Shown here one piece after another: positions 57,601-64,000 of a stretch of 64,000 nucleotides of DNA. A program made the translations under genes and the position numbers. Positions within the stretch are counted from its first letter, which is position 1, and every line of letters begins with the position of its first letter. The DNA comes from Pocillopora damicornis. Its lineage: Eukaryota. The notes beneath the pieces are model-generated. The model searched no databases. It saw nothing but the letters and a program-made list of their open reading frames with translations, and was not told the origin of the DNA. The DNA is taken from assembly GCF_003704095.1 (NCBI RefSeq), contig NW_020843829.1:558001-622000 (forward strand). The letters run 5' to 3'.

Positions 57601-60600
57601 GTGTTCTAAGCCTTCGTCTGCCTTGCTTGTTGCGTAAATGTAAGGTCTTTTTTTCGCACAGTGGTCAGTTGAAACGAAAATTTGAAAGAGTGTCGTAAAA
57701 AAGCGTGGGAAAACGTGGGTGACCAAGTCACGATTAGTTTTAGTTTTGAATCTGATTGGCTAGGAAAGTTGACCAATCATGTAGGGACGTAAGGCAAAAC
57801 CTTTTGGAAACTGCTCTTTTAAGTTTATGTTACTGTCTGGTAACATTTTAGATGTCTTTGTTTTTTTTTTCTCTAGAATTGACTGGATGATGGAGTATCA
57901 AGGAATGGTGGTACTGGCTGGAAACCAAGTTTGGTGGACATGGGAAGTTGAGGATGTGTTTAGAAAAGTGAAGAAAGGAGACAAGATGGGAATGAAAAAC
58001 TACGCTAAAAAGATGCACAAACAAATCAGCGACCTTGTTGAAAAGGTATTTTGACACTGGCTTTTGGTCAGTTAAATAGATTAATAAAAAAATGAATTAA
58101 TAGATAAATGATTTCAGAAGCAGTTAAGATAAATTACATAAAAAAGTGGCAATGTGTGGAGAACTATTTTGCTTATTAGAAACGCTTAAACTGTTTATGC
58201 GCATATAAATAGCGTGAGGAAATAAGAAGTAAAGATTATGTTATATTTCTAATCTAACAATTTGATATGAAAACGTACAATCCCAGTCTGTTGCCATGAA
58301 ATCAAAATTACCATCGTCCGAGACAATATTTTATCTTCTATGGAAGTTTTGCGTAACGTGACTCGCTTCATGAAGTAAGCTGTTTACACTTTTTTCTTTT
58401 ATGTAAAGCTTGTGGTATTTTTTTTTCAGGTTCGTGAGCCAAACCTGACCAAAAATGATCGCAAGAAGTTCAACACAGTGCTGATCATTGAAGTTCACGC
58501 CAGAGACATTATTGACAGTTTTGTTCGAGACAGGTGAGAATAGTGACACGAACTAACCAGGGGTTTCTATAAAAGCCATTTATTGGTCTACCGCCGCCTA
58601 GAGGACCTCTTACCGCTGCGTACGTCCCCTTTTCCGTACACAGCTGCCAATTACACCATCGGAAGCCGCTTATGGATAAAGTAATTGAAACCGCTGGGGC
58701 TAACTAGTCATAAAATGTTTTGCTGCTTTATTTTTAGCTAATTTATTTTGTCTCAGACAATCAGATGCAGATCTATCATCAATCACAACTAAGTCGCACA
58801 TGCTTTCCTTTGCATAAGGTTGGCGGTTTGTTTGTCTTTATATACCTTGAGCTCTCAATGAGTCTTCATTGGGTCAGATTGAGCTCTAGGAAGGAGGGAA
58901 AATGTTGAGGCTCTTGTTAACTAAAGTTGAGAATGATCATAATTCCCCCTGTTTTCCTGACAGCATCATGGACACGCGTGAGTTCGAGTGGGAGAGTCAA
59001 TTAAGGTTCTACTGGGATCAGTTACCAGATGAGTTGATGGTGCGTCAGTGTACAGGCGAGTTTGGTTATGGATACGAGTACATGGGACTAAATGGACGCC
59101 TGGTCATCACCCCCCTGACAGACAGAATATACCTGACTATCTCTCAGGTGATGTGTTTAAGTGTGTAACAAATTTAAAGGGGGGGGGGAGGCAGTGTAGT
59201 TATTAGATGAACGTTTGGTGTTTTATAATCCTACTGAATTGTAGTTTTACGCCTCTTTTCCCTTCTTTTTGTAGGCCTTGTCCATGTACCTCGGTGGTGC
59301 CCCCGCAGGGCCGGCCGGCACTGGAAAAACCGAGACAGTGAAGGATCTGGCTAAAGCTCTGGGATTACTGTGTGTTGTAACTAACTGTGGAGAGGGTATG
59401 GACTACAAGGTGAGCTAAACAGGTTTTGTGGATGTCATGTGATATAGGTAATTTGCGTCACGCTTACGCCTCTCGCAATTGAGTGAGAGCTATGGCTTCG
59501 ACGACCTGCATAGAGTGGCAGTCAAACCCTTGCTGTTTGACAGAATGTCTTTACATTTTTGACCAGCTACTTAATTTTAAAAGTTATGTTTGTCGTTGCT
59601 AGCCACCCTTTAGAGTGTGTGACTCGAAACTGAGGGAGTCGAATTTGTTGCAATATTTTCACATATCAGTCTACAAACGCATGAGTTTCTTACTTTTTTC
59701 TCCTCTAGTCCATCGGCAAGATCTTCTCAGGCCTGGCGCAGTGTGGTGCCTGGGGTTGTTTTGACGAGTTCAACCGTATTGACGTGTCTGTACTATCAGT
59801 TGTCTCAACACAGATTAAAACACTGCAAAACTCACTCAGCAACCATCTTAAGAGACTACAGGTGAACTCACGTCTACCTTATCTAAATCTTGACTTAATT
59901 TGCATGAAGAAAAATGGTAAACGTAATAACAAACCCGTCTCAAGCGTTACAAACTATAGACAGTTTAGGGCAATTAAGTTTCGTAAATAATCTGAGATTA
60001 CCTTAGTTTTTTTTAACCCTCTACGCTCTTACATTACCTTTAATATTCTCCGTACTGTTCTCTGTACATTTACTAAGATGCTGACAAGGAGAATTTGCAC
60101 CGCCCTCTCAAACAATTAGATGTAAAAACAGAAACAAAGTTTCCTTAGTCATTCGCGTTTTCCCGCGCTTTATGTGACTTGCTTGTCTTTGCTTTTAGTC
60201 TCGTTGGTGAATTGATCTAATTGGTCGCTTTGATTATCTTTGGTTGTGGTTTTTCGTAGTAGTCGAAAACTGCTCTAAAGAAAGACGTAAGACTTTGTCA
60301 AGAATGTGAGACAAAAGGAAATCCAAGGTCTCCGTGAGGATACAGACTATAGCTATTCCTTCTAGTTATTCTACCAACTGGTCCACAGAGATATCTATAG
60401 GGAGCACTTGTTAACCAAATTGTAAACTAATTTCTTCTCCTTGAACAGTTTGAAGGTACAGAGATAGCATTGGATGGTCGTATGGGGATTTTCATTACCA
60501 TGAACCCTGGCTATGCAGGTCGTACAGAACTTCCTGAGAGTGTCAAAGCTCTGTTCAGACCTGTTATGTGTATTGTGCCAGACCTGCAACAAATCTGCGA

Positions 60601-63600
60601 GATCATGCTTTTCTCCGAAGGGTTTTTATTGGCCAAGGTAAGACAGACGAAAAAGAAAATACGATTTAGAGATCGTCTGAATTTAGGGTCAATAGTAATC
60701 AGGAATTGTTTTTCTTGGCTTTTATGATTGGCGTTAGAAACTTACGTCGCTTACCCAAACTATCAAATGCAAAACTTAAGTCGATCGTGACTTGGTCGCC
60801 TGCTTTATCTTGCGCTTAAGGATGGAGACATTTATTTACCTGGATAATAAACATTTATTCTGCTTTGCTGATCTGAATATTTTGGGTTAAGTTTCACGAC
60901 ACTCACTCACTCACTCACCCGGGATAGAAGGGGATGGACGCTTTTTCGAGGCTGGGTGCTTATCAACTTTTCCTACCAACAGGGTCGGCGCTTAATCGAG
61001 ATGGGCGCTTTTCCGGGGTTGGACGCTTAATCGATGAAATACGGTTCACGCATGGCATGCATCTAGTTAAACATTATTGTAAATTCCTACTTTTTACAAA
61101 GGTTCTTGCCAAGAAGATGACAGTACTTTACAAACTTGCGTCAGGACAGCTCTCCAAACAATCTCATTACGACTTTGGGCTTCGTGCACTGAAGGCTGTA
61201 CTTGTGATGGCAGGAGAACTGAAGAGAGGTTCTCCTGATCTGAGCGAGGTCAGTTTCAGTTCGTGTTTGAAACGGAGAAACGATTACACAAGTATCTATA
61301 GAAATACTCAGGTTGTAAATCTAGTGAAACACTGTTCCACTGTCAAGGTTTAGGCGTTCGACTTTAATACCTTAACTTCTCTGAACCATTTCTTTTCTTA
61401 ACCGTTCAATAGTTTTTCTCTTGTCCAGGTCGCATGTCGCTAGGAAGCTTAGTACATTCAGGGTAAAAACGCCTAGCATCTCCAGTAGTGTTAAGTTCAG
61501 AAGAGAGAGTCACTCGAGACCAATTTTCCAGTAAATGTAGAAACATATTTGTTGTTTGTTGACGTTTGCTAACCCCCTACATATTTCTTTCACTGCCTTT
61601 ACCTACGTTAACTCTGAAACAGAGGTCACGGTTCAAAGGTACCCACTGCTATCTCAACTTCTCTATTGAATTTTTATTTCTTTCAGGATGTAGTGTTAAT
61701 GCGTGCGTTGCGTGACATGAACTTGCCAAAGTTTGTGTTTGAAGACGTACCACTCTTCCTCGGTCTCATAGCGGACTTGTTTCCAGGCCTTGATTGTCCA
61801 AGGGTACGGTACCCAAATTTCAACGACGCAGTTGAAGCAGTGTTACAGGACAATAAATACATTTTACTTCCACATCAGGTAAAGCATAATTCATAACGTC
61901 TCATTTCGAGAGGGAATTTTTCTCAGGATCCAGCGAATACAATTTAAGGGCGCGTTCCATTTGACTGGAAAATATTTTTACTGCACCTTTTGAGGGTAGT
62001 ATCCGGAACGTGCAAACTGTCTGGCTCTGAGAGAAAAGGGGGAAATCTTTTGGGAAAATTGTCTTCTTTTCGAGTCACCTTTTTTTCATTTACATTGGCT
62101 TCCTAGAAGTTTCGACATCATATCGCTCTTTTAATGTTTAGCTTGAGGTAGTTGAAAGATTTGTAGTTCAACTAATATACATGCTGTCTCTACGTAACAG
62201 GCCGATAAAGTTGTTCAAATGTACGAGACCATGTTGACACGACATACAACCATGATCGTGGGCCCCACTGGAGGAGGAAAGACTGTTGTTATTAACACAT
62301 TAGCGCAGGCGCAGACACGGTAAGATGAATTCTTCACCTACGTCAATTGCTTGCGAGTAGGCCCTCATTTTTTGCGTCTAACCGCTATCAGGGAGACACA
62401 GGCCTAAGGCACTTCAAACCTGAATATGTGTTTAGGCTTTCCTTTCTGCAATTGAATTTACTCCAGCGGATCTTTTCATTACTCACCATTCTGAGGTCAA
62501 ATGTGACTTAGCGGTTATCAAATGAATTTGGAAATGTAAGGGCTACGGAATGAATGTTAGCATCTGAGCAACTACCCCTCCCCTAGCCCACTTTAGACTT
62601 AACTTGTTATCAGTTGACTGTTGTTGGGTTAGGGGAGGGGTAGGTTCGCAGTTGATACTGACATCGATACGGCCATCATCTTCTGGCGCAACTAGTCTTC
62701 CGTTTTACTGACCTAACTTTTGTTTAATCTCAAGTCTGGGCATAACTACAAAGATGCATATTATGAATGCCAAGGCATGCACAGTGGTGGAACTGTACGG
62801 AACGCTGGATCCTGTCACTAGGGACTGGACTGATGGATTACTGTCCAACATCTTCCGTGAGATAAACAAACCCACTGATAAAAACGAACGTAAGTACATC
62901 GTGTTTGACAGCGATGTGGACGCCCTGTGGGTAGAGAACATGAACTCTGTGATGGACGACAACAGACTGTTGACTTTGGCTAATGGCGAGAGGATTCGGC
63001 TTCAGAAACACTGCGCCTTGCTGTTTGAGGTAACTTCAGTTTAAAATATTGACCAATGCACGCTCTTCCCATTTGAAACCTCCTTTTTCATATTGGTGCA
63101 TTGTTGACTCCGTTGAATTGGGTGATCATATTGCATGTGGCTGTAACGAATTGTTGGTTAAAAATTACTTTTGAAAAAAAAATGTTGCTCATCTAAGGTC
63201 TTTGTAAATTTTCCACCAGGTAATTTTATTTGGAAAATTGACTTCTCATAATTTGTACGTTAAAAACTCTGCGACGAGAAGAAGAGAAAATTTTTAACCT
63301 TATTAAGAAACTAAAATATCGCAATTCCCAACTCAGGTTTCAGATCTTCGTTACGCTTCTCCGGCCACTGTGTCCCGTTGCGGAATGGTGTACGTGGATC
63401 CTAAGAATCTGGGCTACAATCCTTACTGGCAGAAATGGTGCAATGCTCGAGGAAATGACAAGGAACGAGAAGAGCTCAACAGACTCTTTGAAAAATATGT
63501 GCCTCCTTGCATCGATTTGATTCTGGAAGGAATCATCGAAGGAAAAATCGGAAAGAAGTTGAAGACGATTATTCCTCTGACTAATCTTAACATGGTAGGT

Positions 63601-64000
63601 GATGGTTCTGTTCAGAAAAATGTTTGCTAACTAATTATCAAAAAGCTACGTGTGGAGTGACGTGGTGCACCAGCTTACTAGGTGGACTCTGGATGTACAG
63701 GGCCTGGTTCGAGTCCTGGCCAGTTTTTTTTTTTTCGAGAAAGAGATTTTACTGTCCCTATGCTTCTCTCTGGCAATGAGTAAAAACTAACATCGACGTG
63801 CTGATACGAAAAATATGGGATCAATGTCATTTTTTGAGCAACTGCACACCTGCCCCTCCTCTAACCCGATTTTGCTATCAATTTACTTATGTTGGGTTTG
63901 GGGATGGGTTGGTGCGTCGTCGCTCCGATACTGACATTGATCAAAAATATGTTGGTAGAGGATGATGAAAAGTGTTTCATTTCATGATCTGTCGTCACAT
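39642..64000 (+). CDS. DNAH10: Axonemal dynein heavy chain 10 (inner-arm I1/f alpha); 5' part, many exons, continues beyond window (last exon seen ~63337-63594)
   Basis: Start [34 protein letters not shown] resembles DNAH10; tail motifs [40 protein letters not shown]; AAA1 GPAGTGKT at 59308-59331, [25 protein letters not shown]; AAA2 GPTGGGKT at 62261-62284. Confidence 0.95.
46509..46720. mobile_element. ~210-bp MITE with TTAA-CCCT...AGGG-TTAA ends (piggyBac-like); representative copy
   Basis: TTAACCCTTTAACTCC...GATGTTAGGGTGTAAAGAGTTAA; related copies at ~3808-4019, 14167-14350, 15516-15690, 17065-17283, 18272-18482, 43805-44008, 44579-44772, 52317-52528, 56374-56544, 57290-57484, plus fragments. 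Confidence 0.8.
50109..50385. mobile_element. ~280-bp MITE with TAGAG..TTTCGATTGAGTGT-type terminal inverted repeats; representative copy
   Basis: Ends TAGAGTGCATTTCGATTGAGTGT / ACACTTAATCAAAAAATTGCTCTA; internal CCAATCAG and GCGCGGGAAAACGCG; related copies at ~1090-1215, 3623-4110, 47670-47905, 53550-53800, 54795-55128, 57690-57800, 60100-60277, 60680-60900. Confidence 0.75.
54848..54925 (+). repeat. 21-bp tandem repeat (CTGTGATTGGTCCAGATTGGT) x3 plus partial, inside a MITE
   Basis: Directly visible; produces the spurious VIGPDWS repeat ORF. Confidence 0.9.
63655..63790 (+). mobile_element. Degenerate tRNA-derived SINE head
   Basis: B-box-like GGTTCGAGTCC at ~63705-63715 after a TGGTG A-box-like segment; no cloverleaf; possible SINE body fragments at ~44790-44985 and ~14358-14435. 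Confidence 0.45.

Noticed and set aside
63655-63725. tRNA gene
   Set aside because: Only a B-box-like motif; no cloverleaf; better explained as a SINE relic.

Overview
Eukaryotic, intron-rich, AT-rich animal DNA with several N gaps. The interspersed repeats resemble those I recall from stony corals (inference). Gene order: PRPF19 (-), CCDC92 (-), Deltex WWE-RING-DTC ligase (+, Penelope-like GIY-YIG relic in intron 1), intronless ASPHD2-like dioxygenase (-), intronless F-box/LRR gene (+), a ~15 kb cluster of peroxisome-targeted (-SKL) D-amino-acid-oxidase-family flavoenzyme genes (two on -, one deleted fragment on +, one on +, with inverted duplications), then the 5' part of axonemal dynein DNAH10 (+, runs off the window). 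The best candidate for a novel system is the DAO-family cluster: a non-canonical, microbial-looking DAO type (WEWPPAVCG motif, Tyr->Phe at the usual YIIP motif) carrying spliceosomal introns, expanded locally, with exon-limited homogenisation and one precise intron presence/absence difference. Also notable: CCDC92-DNAH10 linkage as in human, a GC-AG intron and an RFX X-box at DNAH10, hammerhead-like relics and nested MITEs. Exon coordinates were read by eye and may be off by a few bases.
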